From positions 10,540,001 to 10,604,000 of the forward strand of contig OX597827.1 in assembly GCA_951406725.2 (NCBI GenBank): a stretch of 64,000 nucleotides of DNA. Reading direction: 5' to 3'. Source of the stretch: Octopus vulgaris (taxonomy: Eukaryota). Positions 41,968 through 55,507 of this stretch are shown here, in pieces (positions within the stretch are counted from its first letter, which is position 1; each line of letters starts with the position of its first letter). Below the pieces are notes generated by a model that was not told where the DNA came from, searched no databases, and was given only the letters and a program-made list of their open reading frames with translations. Made by a program: the position numbers and the translations under genes.

Positions 41968-42365
41968 TCTCTTTTTCTCTTTTTACTTGTTTCAGTCATT
42001 TGACTGCGGCCATGCTGGTGCACTGCCTTTAATCGAGCAACTCGACCCCGGGACTTATTCTTTGTAAGTCCAGTACTTATTCTATCGGTCTCTTTTGCCG
42101 AACCACTAAGTGACGGAGACATAAACACCCCAGCATCGGTTGTCAAGCAATGCTAGGGGGACAAACACAGACACACAAACACACACACACATATATATAC
42201 GACGGGCTTCTTTCAGTTCCCATCTACCAAATCCACTCACAAGGCATTGGTCGGCCCGAGGCTATAGTAGAAGACACTTGCCCAAGGTGTCACACAGTGG
42301 GACTGAACCTGGAACCATGTGGTTGCAAAACAAGATTCTTAACCACATACCCATGCCTGCTCCTA
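41968..42365 (-). mobile_element. SINE family A inserted next to or into an older A-like copy
   Basis: Young body, but its head is nearly identical to the old head at ~41919-41966. Confidence 0.85.
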
Positions 42366-43440
42366 TACAGGTATTATTACCAAGAGTTTTTTTTTTTTTT
42401 TTACCTTTTTATTCATCTAACACATCATTGGGAGTTCTATTACTGATACAATACTTCCGATTGTTCCTTAAATTTCAGTTCTACCAAAACTAGTATCCAT
42501 GTAATTATCAATTCTCTTAAATTTTAGTCTAAAAATCTGGTATAAAAATCTCATTCTCAACATTCACATGAATATATATACACTAGATGGATATCTTGTT
42601 TTCAAATTTTGTGGGTCACGTGTATCAAGATGTCTAAATTGTTGATGAAAATATTCAGTATTTAGAATGGCTCCTTCCTCCAACTCAAATATATTTATTT
42701 ATTTATTTATTCATTTATAGGTAACAATTTAAAATGTTGATTTTGATGCTGGGAAAGATATTTAAATCCTCTTCAAAAGAACTACACTGCAACCTATTTA
42801 TGCTGTGTCTATAGATTTATGAATTAATGTTATGCTTTTTCCAGAGCTTTGAAGAATAATAACAAAAAAAAAAAAGAAAAAGAAAACCTTCTGCTTTTTA
42901 TGAGATCTAACAAATGACAGACGCTGAGCAGATGATGTCTGTTATTGATAATATAAAAGAGTCAGATCAGAGGCAAGAGAAAGTATTAACTTTTGAATTA
43001 TTCAGTGACATGAAATGTAGCTCTGTGATATTAATAAAGGTGTGAACGACAATGAACATAGCATGTCAGTAAATAAAAATACAATATCTATTAATGAAGA
43101 TGCTCAATGAATGCGGCATGAAGCAGAAGCCATTTGTAATAAAAACATAGCAAACTGCAATTTCTACAGGTCAGTCAACAGTGAACAGTTGGCTGAAGAA
43201 TAGAGAAAAGAAAACGACACCCATTATGGACAAGGCAGTTTTTCTGGCTTGTTAAACAGTATTTCTTGTATCATTTGTATGAAAGTATTTCTCTTTCTAT
43301 ACATTTACACTTCTATTGCAGTAGTTGAGTGATTAAGATTTGTGGACTCTTGCCCTATAGGTTGCAAGTTCAAAACCTTTCAAGGAACGTTCTTACATTA
43401 TGTTATTGTACTTTGTATAACAAATTCACCTGCTTAACCT

Positions 43441-43898
43441 CTTTTATTCTTTTATTCTCTTTTACTTGTTTCAGTCTTTTGACTGTGGCCATGCTGGAGC
43501 ACTGCCTTTAGTCGAGCAAATCGACCTCAGGACTTATTCTTTGTAAATCGACCCCAGGACTTATTCTATCGGTCTCGTTTGCCGAACTGCTAAGTTACAG
43601 GGACTTAAATACACCAGCATCGGTTGTCAAGCGATGTTGGGGGTATAAACACAGACATACAAACACACATACACATATATATATATATATACGTATACAT
43701 ATATACGATGGGCTTCTTTCAGTTTCCATCTACAAAATCCACTCACAAGGCTTTGGTCTGCCCGAGGCTATAGTAGAAGACACTTGCCCAAGGTGCCACA
43801 CAGTGGGACTGAACCTGGAACCATGTGGTTGGTAAGCAAGCTACTTACCACACAGTCACTCCTATGCCTATGCTTACCACACAGCCACTCCTGTGCCT
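43441..43898 (-). mobile_element. SINE family A with a duplicated 29-bp head segment
   Basis: cttaccacacag.cactcct.tgcctatg twice in tandem. Confidence 0.85.
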
Positions 43899-43904
43899 AT
43901 GACT

Positions 43905-44124
43905 TTAGGATTCGGATTGATCTGTCAAATGTAATGGTTATTTATTCATGTTGTTTTCAATTAATCATACATTATCTTGTAACTTTGAGATTCCAAAGAT
44001 GTGATTGCTTATTTTCAAAATGACATTATAGGGTAAGCGTGACAGGTCAGTTCTGGCTAATTTTAACATATAACAGGTAGAATATGTGAACCAGATATGG
44101 TCTGTTTATGTGCTAAGGTGTTAA
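43905..44124. mobile_element. piggyBac-type MITE, diverged
   Basis: Homologous to the 34651 and 28745 copies; ends tgctaaggtgttaa. Confidence 0.6.
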
Positions 44125-45214
44125 CTTAGCACATAGGAAAAGATGGGTTTCATTCTTTTTTAGTATATCCTGGGGGAAAGGAAACCTTTGTCCTAAAAAT
44201 TTCTCCTTACCTGGGTGCAGGCATAATTTTCCTTAAATAACCACTGGATGCCAGTTTCAATCCCCCTGTGCAATACAATGGGCAAGAGTCTTCTACCTAA
44301 TCTTCTGGTTGCCCAGTTATATATATATATAACCCATGCTAGCATGGAAAACGGACGCTAAACGATGATGATGATGATGATGATATATATATATCTTTTC
44401 TCTTTTATCTTCTATCATTTACCTGTTTCAATCATTAGACTGCGGCCACGCTGGGGCACTGCCTTGAATTTTTAGTCAAATGAATCGAATCCAGTACTTA
44501 TATTTAAAGCCAGGTACTTATTCTATCGGTCTCTTTTGTTGAAGTGCTAAGTTACAAGGACTAAAACTCACCAACACTGGTTGTCAAGACACACACTTAG
44601 ATATATATGTGCATGACTGCTGTCCAGTAGTCCCCCACCCCACTCTCTATATACCCAGGTTTTTGCCACTCATTCCCCTCCTCCTCAATCTCTAAGCATG
44701 CTTCTTTTGCAATATCCTGCAACTTATATTATGACGTTCAAACCTCAAGAGCATGCTCTGGCTCTTCTCACCATCTATATCGTTCTCTTCCTTTACTCAA
44801 GCATCCCATTTATACTCTGATCCCTGTCTCTTGAGAGTATACCCAGCACTTTGCCACCATCTCTATCCTGCTGCCTCCCACTCTCTCTCTCTCTCTCTCC
44901 TTTTACTGCACTTCCCACAAGTTGGGTAACCATGTATCTCTTTTGTGGCAACACACCTGCTTATGTCTTCATTCCTAATCTCTTTCTCTCACTCTCTCTC
45001 TCTCTCTTTCTGGCTGGGTAGCCTTGTACTCCTCTACAGCAGAATACTTATTTTGGTATCTCTGTCTCACTATCGCCTTTCATCATCTAACACAAGATCA
45101 CCTCCTCCAATGCCCCTTCCCCTCCCAAAACATTTATTTTTGTCTGTGCCCCAGAATGACCACAGATCGTGAGCTGAAACTAGATATTAAAAAAAAAGTT
45201 ACTTGGTGACCCTG

Positions 45215-45507
45215 TTAGTTCAGGTGCCACTTAAAAAGCATCCAGTCCAAACTGTAAAGTGGTTGGCATTTGGAAGGGTACCCAGCCATAAAAATCTTAC
45301 CAAAACTGACCTTGCCTGTGCTTGTGCCATGTAAAAAGCACTACGTCCACTCTGATGATTGGATGGTGTAAGGAAGAGCATCCAACTGTAAAAAGCCTGC
45401 AAAACAGTCACAGAAATCTGGTGCCAGCTTTTGCCTGGTTGGCTACTATCAAACCATCCTACCGATAATAGCATGGAAGGCAGACGTTAAGCGATGATGA
45501 TGATGAT
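45215..45507 (+). mobile_element. Family D retroposon, diverged
   Basis: aggaagagcatccaactgta...agcatggaaggcagacgttaagc(gat)n. Confidence 0.7.
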
Positions 45508-46068
45508 ATATATACAACAGGTTTCTTTTAGTTTCCATCTACCAAACCCACTCACAAAGCTTTGGTCAGCCTGTGGCTAAAGTAAAAGACACTCGCCCAA
45601 GGTGCCATGCAGTGGGACTGAACTCGGATCCATGTGGTTGAGAAGCAAGCTTCTTACCACATAGCCACTTCTGTGACTCCAATAAATAAATAATGTATGT
45701 ATGTATTTATGTATGTATGTATGTATGAATGTATGTATGTATGCATGTGTATATGTTATATGAAATACGGTGTCCTTACAAGCAAGTAATATGCACATAC
45801 CAGTTGCCAGGAATGTGCTTCTTACACAAAATTGGTCTATCCAAAGTTTGGTGGCTATTTAAGCAATGTGTTTGTGGTTCTCCAGTGGGTTGGCTGTGTT
45901 ACTGATGAAGGAGCAAGAACTCTTGAAATATGTATATACACCTATTACCTCATTTTTTTATCTTCAATCACATAGTTTACATTAGGCATATCCATATACA
46001 AATTGCCATAACAAATTGGTGTTGGCTCTAATTTCTATAGAAAATCTGTAGAGATAACTGTAAAAAGT

Positions 46069-46123
<55 letters not shown>

Positions 46124-46149
46124 ATATATATATATAGAGAGAGAGAGAG

Positions 46150-46218
<69 letters not shown>

Positions 46219-46377
46219 TATACGGGTGTGTGTGATTGTGTATAGAAGAATATATTAATAAAAGGAATTCCAACCTTGTCTGGTTTTCACGTTTTATTTA
46301 CAATCTTATAATGATATAATATAAGATAATATAATAAAATAAAATAAAATAATAGAATGTTAAATGTTCATTCTGAT

Positions 46378-46422
46378 TGAACTAGTACTTTCATGCATTA
46401 AATTCTGCAATCTTCAGGTTCA
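46378..46422 (-). ncRNA. Minimal type-I hammerhead ribozyme-like motif (PLE type)
   Basis: tgaac CTGAAGA ttgca-gaatttaa-tgcat GAAA gtac TA gttca: 5-bp stem I, intact core, 4-bp stem II with a U-U closing mismatch, palindromic stem III AGTACT. Confidence 0.65.
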
Positions 46423-47358
46423 TGTAGTAGTGGTGACAGTCATACTTCACAATTTTTGACATATATATATATGTAATCTGGTGCAGCCGTCCAGCATGCC
46501 AGCACAGTCAAACTGTCCAACCCATGCCAGCATGGACAATGGATATTAAATGATGATGATGATGATGATGGTGATGATGATATACATATATGTATAGATG
46601 TGTGTGTGTGTATGTGTGTGTGTGTGTGTGTATTCTCTCTCTCTCTTATTTTTTTCCAGTGACTTTACCAAATTCTGTTGTTTTGGAACCCCAGGTCGTT
46701 CCTAATCCTGCAAACGTATGACTGAAAGATTTCAAGCATCTGACCTGTCATCTAATTTTTCTGATCATTTTAAAATATAATGTACAAGAGACAACATTAT
46801 CAAATGTGTCCCTTTTTCCATTTTTATTTTGAGATAGCTAATACCATTCTATGGGAGTTTTAGTTGCTATTTTTTGCAGTTTGAATTACCACATGCAAGG
46901 TATCTTAATGGCTCCATATGCTTCTGTTACGTAAGCATAATTTAACAGATTGAAGTTTTGTTGTAAAAATAAAAAACAACATGGTTACAGATGAGACATA
47001 TCTTCTAACATCCCATACATGAAAATTTTTTATACACACACACAGACACAGACACAGATACATACATGTGCACACATGCACATGCACACACGTATTCATA
47101 TAAATATGAATTAATTATACATGCAGAAACACCAAAATATACACACACACACAGATGCATATGCATATGCATATATGCACATATACAAAATCATATACAT
47201 GTTTATATATAAATATATATATATATATATACACGTATGTATATATACATATGTATGTGTATAACTACATACATATACATATGTTTATATACATGCATAT
47301 GTGTGTGCATGTGTGTATGCATGCATGTCTACAGACATGCATACATATATATGTGTGC

Positions 47359-47401
<43 letters not shown>

Positions 47402-47435
47402 TGTATGAATGTATATGTATACATGCATACATATA

Positions 47436-47483
<48 letters not shown>

Positions 47484-47626
47484 TGTATGAATGTATATGT
47501 ATACATGCATACATATATGTGTGTGTGTGTGTATATATATATATATGCTTGTATGAATGTATATGTATACATACATACATATATATATACAAACATATAT
47601 ATATATATATATATGTATGTGTTTAC

Positions 47627-47661
<35 letters not shown>

Positions 47662-48330
47662 TAAACATACACACATGATGTTCAAACAGTCATGCATATA
47701 TTCATAATTGCATATAGACACGCATATATATGCTTCTTCGGTGGACACCAAATATAGCTACATGAATATATGGATGTGCTTTATAATTCTCAAGATCTAC
47801 AGAAGATATAGAATCTAGAAATAATATTCAAAGACCACGTTTCTTTGCCTTCCGAAATCCCTCTCTCTAACACCTAATTTCTTCTTTTTTTATGTAATCT
47901 TGACATTTCTTCATAAATTCATATATTCATATACTATTATGGGTTTGTGAAGGTGTGTGTGTGTGTGTGTAAGTGTCTCTGTGTGCATGTATTTATGTGT
48001 GTGTGTGTGTGAGTGAACGTATATCTGTATATGTATATGTATATATGTATGTGTATAAGTTTATACATATATATCTCTCTCTGTGTATGAATAAATACAT
48101 GTTTGTGTGTATGCATGTGTGTATATATCCCCACTTGCATATAGAACATATACATGCATACGTACATGCATGTATATACACACATGCATGCACACACACA
48201 AATAGAAACATGCATGCATGTATATATATATATATATATATAGACATGTGCATGTGTGTGCATGCATGCTCATGCATGTGTATATACACATATATACATG
48301 TGCATGTATGTATGCACACACATAGATATG

Positions 48331-48429
<99 letters not shown>

Positions 48430-48516
48430 GTATATATATATACATATATATATACATATATATATACATATATATATACATATATATATACATATATATA
48501 TATACATATATATATA

Positions 48517-48558
<42 letters not shown>

Positions 48559-48563
48559 TATAC

Positions 48564-48632
<69 letters not shown>

Positions 48633-49011
48633 TATGTAAATGAGAGAGAAAGAGATACAGATGGATAAACTGAATGAGACAGCAAATAATCATACTGGGT
48701 GGATAGATAGACAGGTTGATAATATATTTATATGTAGAATTATGTGCATAAAAGAATACTTATGTTTATATTTTGGAATGATTTGTGAATTTGCTTATGT
48801 AAATACATGAGCAGGCCAAAGTATATACCTACATACTCCCAAACTGGCTACAGGCATGTACCCCCCCTCCCACACACACACACATACATACAAACGTGCA
48901 CACACACGCATGCACATACACACACACCCATGTACACACATAGATACTCACTCGTAAATGTAAATATACACATAGACATAAAATGATGATGATGATGATG
49001 ATGATACATGC

Positions 49012-49043
<32 letters not shown>

Positions 49044-49107
49044 GTAAATGTGTGTATGTGTGTGTACATATATGAATGTGTGTGATGTGTGTGTAGATAT
49101 ATATATG

Positions 49108-49145
<38 letters not shown>

Positions 49146-49789
49146 GATGTAGTCCATCACAATATTTTTGCCTGTGTATATATACATATGTATGTATGTA
49201 TACATATATATATATATCATATATACTTCATATATATGCATATACATATGTATATACATATATACACATGCACACTTATATATATGCACACTTATGGACG
49301 TATATGCATATGTGTATGTGAATGTGTGTGTGTGTGTGTGTTTAAATATACAGAGAGTGAGAGAGAGAAGGGGTGCATGTATGTGTATATCACAAACTTA
49401 CGTTCTTTAAATTATTTGTGCCTTGCATATGACAAACAATTTGAAGAGCTGCTTAAATAATGCTAAGAATATGCATACTTGTGATTTTAACCTCAACAAA
49501 CCTCACTCTAAACAGCCTTGTACGGTAGCTTAACCTCGTGGTCTCAGCCACACAGACTATTCTGGAGTTCATTGACCATGGAAGAAACCACATTGCTGAT
49601 AATTCTGTTATTAGCTTGACTTAGAGATCATTAAGGTTAAAAGGAAAGAAATATACAGATTCTGAGGAAAATTGGTGTGGGTGTGTGCGTAGACAACAGA
49701 AAACACATTGAAGTTTTGGCTGTTTTGAGAAAAACCATAAACCATGGGGAGATGAATAATGTATTGTTTCAAAGGGTGAGCTACGTCTT

Positions 49790-50303
49790 GGAGACACACA
49801 CACACATTCACACAAACATATGCTCACATACACACATTCGCATACACAGACATGCACACAGACACACTCACACTTGTACACATACATGCACACACACACA
49901 TACACACACACAGACATTCACACAAGCATACGCTCACATACAAACATTCACATACACAGACATGCACACAGACACACTCATACTTGTACACATACATGCA
50001 CACACACACACACATTCACACAAAGATACATTCACATACAAACATTCGCATACACAGACATGCACACAGGCACACTCACACTTGTACACATACATGCACA
50101 CACACACACACATTCACACAAAGATACATTCACATACAAACATTCGCATACACAGACATGCACACAGACACACTCACACTTGTACACATACATGCAAACA
50201 CACACATACACACACATTCACACAAACATACACTCACATACACACATTCGCATACACAGACATGCACACAGACACACTCACACTTGTACACATACATGCA
50301 CAC

Positions 50304-50334
<31 letters not shown>

Positions 50335-50533
50335 TTCACACAAACATACACTCACATACACACATTCGCATACACAGACATGCACACAGACACACTCACA
50401 CTTGTACACATACATGCACACACACACACATACATGCACACACACATTCACACAGACATTCACTCACATACACACATTCGCATACACAGACATGCACACA
50501 GACACACTCACACTTGTACACATACATGCACAC

Positions 50534-50566
<33 letters not shown>

Positions 50567-50643
50567 TTCACACAAACATACACTCACATACACACATTCG
50601 CATACACAGACATGCACACAGACACACTCACACTTGTACACAT

Positions 50644-50675
<32 letters not shown>
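49790..50675. repeat. CA-rich minisatellite, 8 units of ~98-120 bp
   Basis: Landmark (ttcgca)tacacagacatgcacacagacacactcacacttgtacacatacatgca repeated 8 times. Confidence 0.92.
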
Positions 50676-50679
<4 letters not shown>

Positions 50680-51237
50680 TTTCCTCTCAATTTCTGTCCA
50701 TCTCTCACCAGGCATTAGTCAACACCTGGGGCTTTGGTAAAAGACGCTTGCCCAAGGTGCAGCGCAGTGGAATTGAACCTGAAACCACGTGGTGACAAAG
50801 CGAGCTTCTTAACCATACAGCCATGCCTGCACCTATACATGTTTTTATTATATGAGGTCTAATTGCAGTTAAAGGCAAGTCTGGAAGAAAATTATTTGAC
50901 ATCAATTATCAGTAATAAGGTTTGATAAAATTTGATTATTATGACTATGTATATTTATTAATTCATAATCATTTCTCATCTTAATTTGATGGCCTAAACA
51001 GCTATGATCTACTTTAATAAATTCAATGTGATGAACAAGTTAATTGTGTTCTGTACTTCTCACTTTAATATGATGAACAAGAAAATATGATCTACACTTT
51101 ACACTTTAGTATAGTGAACAAATGAATTATAATCTGGACTTTTCATTTTAATATGGTGAATGAGACACATATGATCTGTACCGCACACTCTTTGTATGAT
51201 GAACAAGAGAATCATAATCTGTATTTTTATTGGGTGA

Positions 51238-52160
51238 TACAAGGAGGGTGCTGAAATGTTCCTGGCTTTAAGGGTATTGTAAAGGGTCTTGCGGCAAGCT
51301 GGCAGAAAAGTTAGCACACCAGGCGAAATGCGTAGCCGTATTTCGTCTGCCGTTATGTTCTGAGTTCAAATTCCGCTGAGGTTGACTTTGCCTTTTCTCC
51401 TTTCGGGGTAGATTAAATAAGTACCATTTACGCACTGGAGTCGATATAATCGACTTAATCCGTTCGTCTATCCTTGTTTGTCCTCTCTGCGTTTAGCCCC
51501 TTGTGGGTAGTAAAAAAAAAAAAAAAAAAAATAGGTTATGTTCTGAGTTCAAATTCCACCGAGGTCGACTTTGCCTTTCATCGTATCAGGGTCGATAAAT
51601 TAAGTACCAGTTATGCACTGGGGTCGATGTAGTTGACTTAATCCATTTGCCTGTCCTTGTTTGTCCCCTCTGTGTTTAACCCCTTGTGGGTAGTAAAGAA
51701 ATAAATATGAATGCTAAAGTGTTAAAATGAGCAAAGCAAAAGTGATAAAATGTTTGTTAGTCCTTGGAACATAGACCTGGGGGTAGCACGCCGAGCAAAA
51801 TGCGTAGCCGTATTTCGTCTGCCGTTATGTTCTGAGTTCAAATTCCGCCGAGGTCGACTTTGCCTTTCATCGTATCAGGGTCGATAAATTAAGTACCAGT
51901 TATGCACTGGGGTCGATGTAATCGACTTAATCCGTTTGCCTGTCCTTGTTTGTCCCCTCTTTGTTTAGCCCCTTGTGGGTAGTAAAGAAATAGGTATTGT
52001 AAAGGATCTGGCTGGAGGCCCAGCCATCTGAGTTCTTTTACAGAACTGAAGTATTGTTGCAATAAGTGCATGAATCCGAGAGGGTAATATGTTGAATAAA
52101 ATCATAATTAATTGATCCTTCTGTATTTTCCTTTACCCAAAGTCAGAAACTTTTCGTATA
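51238..52160. mobile_element. mariner-derived MITE containing a family B SINE cluster
   Basis: tacaaggagggtgctgaaatgttcctggcttt / aaagtcagaaacttttc TIR-like ends; tail encodes a KCMNPRGxYVE-like transposase end. Confidence 0.6.
51291..51992 (+). mobile_element. Cluster of three family B SINE units flanked by a ggtattgtaaagg(g/a)tct direct repeat
   Basis: Units 51291-51533, 51535-51703 and 51784-51992; direct repeat at ~51273 and ~51993. Confidence 0.85.
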
Positions 52161-52278
52161 ATTGTGATTAGTATGTCTCGTTTTAGTACGGTAAATGAGA
52201 TGGCAGATGAAACAATTTTGACCTGAATATAACAACTTTTTGTGTGAACTTGATAGTTTTGATTTGAACATCTCACTT

Positions 52279-52828
52279 AAACCTTTCGTTACCGTATTTA
52301 TTTTGAGATGCTCTGTGTTTCTTTCAATTGTAGCACATAAAAAGCTGATGCCAGCGCCGCCCCAACTGGCTTCTGTGCCGGTGGCACATAAAAAGCACCA
52401 TCCGAACGTGGCTGTTGCCAGCTCCGCCTTGGCTGGCTTCCGTTAAAAGCTCCAACCGATCATGGTCGATGTCAGACCACCCTGGCACCTGTGCAGGTGG
52501 CACGTAAAAAGCACCCACTACACTCGCAGAGTGGTTGGCGTTAGGAAGGGCATCCAGCTGTAGAAACTCTGCCAGATAAGACTGGTGCCTGGTGCAGCCC
52601 CTGGCTTCCCAGACCCCGGTCGAACCGTCCAACCCGTGCTAATGCAGAAAACGGACGTTAAACGATGATGATGATGATGATGATGATAACTTAGTCATCA
52701 TTAAGCTAGTGTTGAGAACATAAATTGGGACTAAAGTTTGGTGGAACATTTTAATTCAAAACTTACAAAAACAAGACATTTGTACTACAGAGCCACAGCT
52801 GGTTTCAGCCGGGTTAGTAACAAAAGGG
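52279..52828. mobile_element. TTAA-flanked MITE with a nested family D element (52345-52687)
   Basis: TTAA-acctttcgttac ... gtaacaaaaggg-TTAA. Confidence 0.65.
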
Positions 52829-53706
52829 TTAAGTATTATGAACAAAGAAGCTTTGATTTGAAGTTCTTATTTTAGTATGGTGAACAAAACAAATATGATC
52901 TATACGTCATACTTTACTATTGTGAACCAAAAAATCATATGTACTTTTGATTTTAACACGATGAATAAAACAAATATGATCTCTACCTCACACCCTTTGT
53001 ATGATGAATGAGTGAATCCTAATCTGTATTCTCCTGTTAATATGGTGAAAAATATTATTTAAGATCGGTATGTCTCACTTTTGTTAAACGAGGCAATTTT
53101 GATCCAGATCTTTCACTTTAGTATGGTGAACAAGATGACGAATGAGATAGTTTTGATCTGAATATAACACCTTAGTGTGTGAACTAGACAATTCTGATTT
53201 TTACATCTCACCTAACCAATATGGACAAGGCTATTTTGATTCGAATTTCACTCTTCAGTATGATGAGCAAAACAAGACTTGAATGATCTATACTAAATCC
53301 GTCTTGTTGCCACTCTTGGTTGCCGTCTTGTTGGTTAGCCCTAAGTCAACCATGATCAAGCAGTGCACTATTCCAAGACATTCCGTCTATGACCATCCAT
53401 TGTGATTTTAGTGAAAGAACTGATACTAATGGGGACAGCATCAGTGGCGGGGATGAAAAATACTTATGATACTGATGACGATTGTGGAAAAAATGATGGT
53501 ACTACCTAGGTTCTTGTCAGCACTAGTGATGATGATGATGATGATGATGATAGTGGTGGTGATGGTAGTTTGGTGGTTTGGCTTAGTGGCTGGAATATTT
53601 GTCAAGAATGAGTTGTATCTGTAATTCAAAGGGTTAATCTTGTTACATTCTGTGTTATGTGTATCTCCCTGAGAACTACATTAAAGGTAAGTGTATTCAC
53701 AGAGAA

Positions 53707-53940
53707 GGTGGCGAGCTGGAAGAAACGTTAGCACGCCGGGCGAAATGCATAGCTGTATTTCGTCTGCCGTTACGTTCTGGGTTCAAATTCCACCGTGGTC
53801 GACTTTGCCTTTTACCCTTTCGGAGTCGTTTACATAAGTACCAGTTATGCACTGGGGTCGATATAATACACTTGATCCATTTGCCTGTCCTTGTTTGTCC
53901 TTTCTGTGTTTAGCCCCTTGTGGGTAGTAAAGAAATAGAT
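53707..53940 (+). mobile_element. SINE family B inserted into an old family C tail
   Basis: Consensus match; gtattcacaga direct repeat on both sides. Confidence 0.85.
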
Positions 53941-54482
53941 TAGGGTATTCACAGAATGCTCAACCACTTGCATGTTAATTTCTAGAGCAGGCTGTTCTGT
54001 TGATTGGAGCAACTGGAACAGTCATCATTATAACTGGTGGAACATGGTGGCAGCAATGGCAAAGATGGAGACAATGGTAGTGGCAGTAGCGGCATTGGTG
54101 TTGGTGGCAACAGCAGAAATAGTGGTGGTGGTGGTGGTGGTGGTGGCTGTGGTGGTAATGGAGGTGATGGTAGTTGTAGGGGTGATGGAGGTGATGGTGA
54201 TGGTGGTGGTAGTGAGTCTGCTGTGTTGCTGCTGGGACTGGTTTTAGTGAGGTTAGAAATAGTTGCCTTAAAGATTTAGTAGTGGTGGTAGTGGTGGTGG
54301 TGGTGGTGGTGGTGGTGGTGATGGAGGTGATGGTGGTTGTGGTGGTGGTGGTGGTGGTGGTGTTGTTGTTGTTGTTGGTGGTGGTGTTGGTGGTGGTGGT
54401 GATGGTGGTGGTGTTGGTGTTGGCGTTGGTGGTGGTGGTGGTGGTGGCAGTGGTGGAGGTGGTGTGGTGGTGGTGGTGGTGG

Positions 54483-54513
<31 letters not shown>

Positions 54514-55192
54514 GTTGGTGGTGGCAGTGGTGGTGGCGGTGGCGGCGGTGGAGATGTCAATGACGAGCCACTTTCACTCGAGAAAAACATAATAATTATA
54601 CGCTAAGGCCAGGGCTGATGAGTTCTTATAGATCAAAACTTTATGAAATCACATAATTTAATTAATTCTATCTATCAACAAGGCTAATTTCTAGTCAAAT
54701 AATGTGTAAATTTACGCATTACTGGATTCCAGGTAATTAGATTGAGGTAGACAGTTGATGAGATTAATAGTTTTAATTAAACATCTTACTAACATCATTG
54801 ATTCAGAAATGCTATAGAGATGCAAGAGAACACTAGAGCTAAACTGTATGAGATGGTGGGCCATCACCTGAGCTTGCTTGAAATATCTTTATGGAGGCTT
54901 TAATAAAATTAATGATTCTATCTAAATTTAAATGAACAGAATATTAAAATAATGCATCTCTCTAAAAGATACTTGAGATTATTATTGTCATTGCTCCTGA
55001 AACAATTCATCAATATTTTCCCAGAGAGAAAGAGAGAGACAGGCAGAAAGACAGACAGACAGAAACAGAGATAGAGATAGAGATAGAAATATAGTTTTGC
55101 AAAGTACTCAATGCTAAGATGAACTAAGTGAGAAATATATATACACGTGTGTGTATTTATATATATATATATATGAAATAATAATAATAATG

Positions 55193-55251
<59 letters not shown>

Positions 55252-55417
55252 TATTATTTTTTTTTTTAAATTTATGTATTAGACATTCACTAGTACAACA
55301 CTAAAAAAAATAAAATATATGGCACACTAGGCATAACAACAACGTGAACTTCCAACCTGTTGTCTCTTGTGAGACTTGGAGCCAACTTGTACAGACATAA
55401 AGCAAAAGTCAAACATA

Positions 55418-55486
<69 letters not shown>

Positions 55487-55507
55487 TAATAATAATACAC
55501 AAGGCCT

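Larger units (their letters stand above)
51000..53292. repeat. Degenerate ~42-bp satellite interrupted by nested TEs
   Basis: (t/a)gatgaacaa..atgatct..cacttt motif at ~51029, 51071, 51112, 51154, 51197 and again from 52835 to 53290. Confidence 0.7.

Noticed and set aside
49677-50795. 372-aa His/Thr-rich ORF and overlapping ORFs
   Set aside because: All three plus frames are open because the CA-rich repeat lacks stops; no domain or splice support.
51000-53292. Box C/D snoRNA array or C2H2 zinc-finger cluster
   Set aside because: UGAUGA-like motifs lack consistent CUGA D-boxes and terminal stems; there is no CxxC periodicity in any listed ORF.
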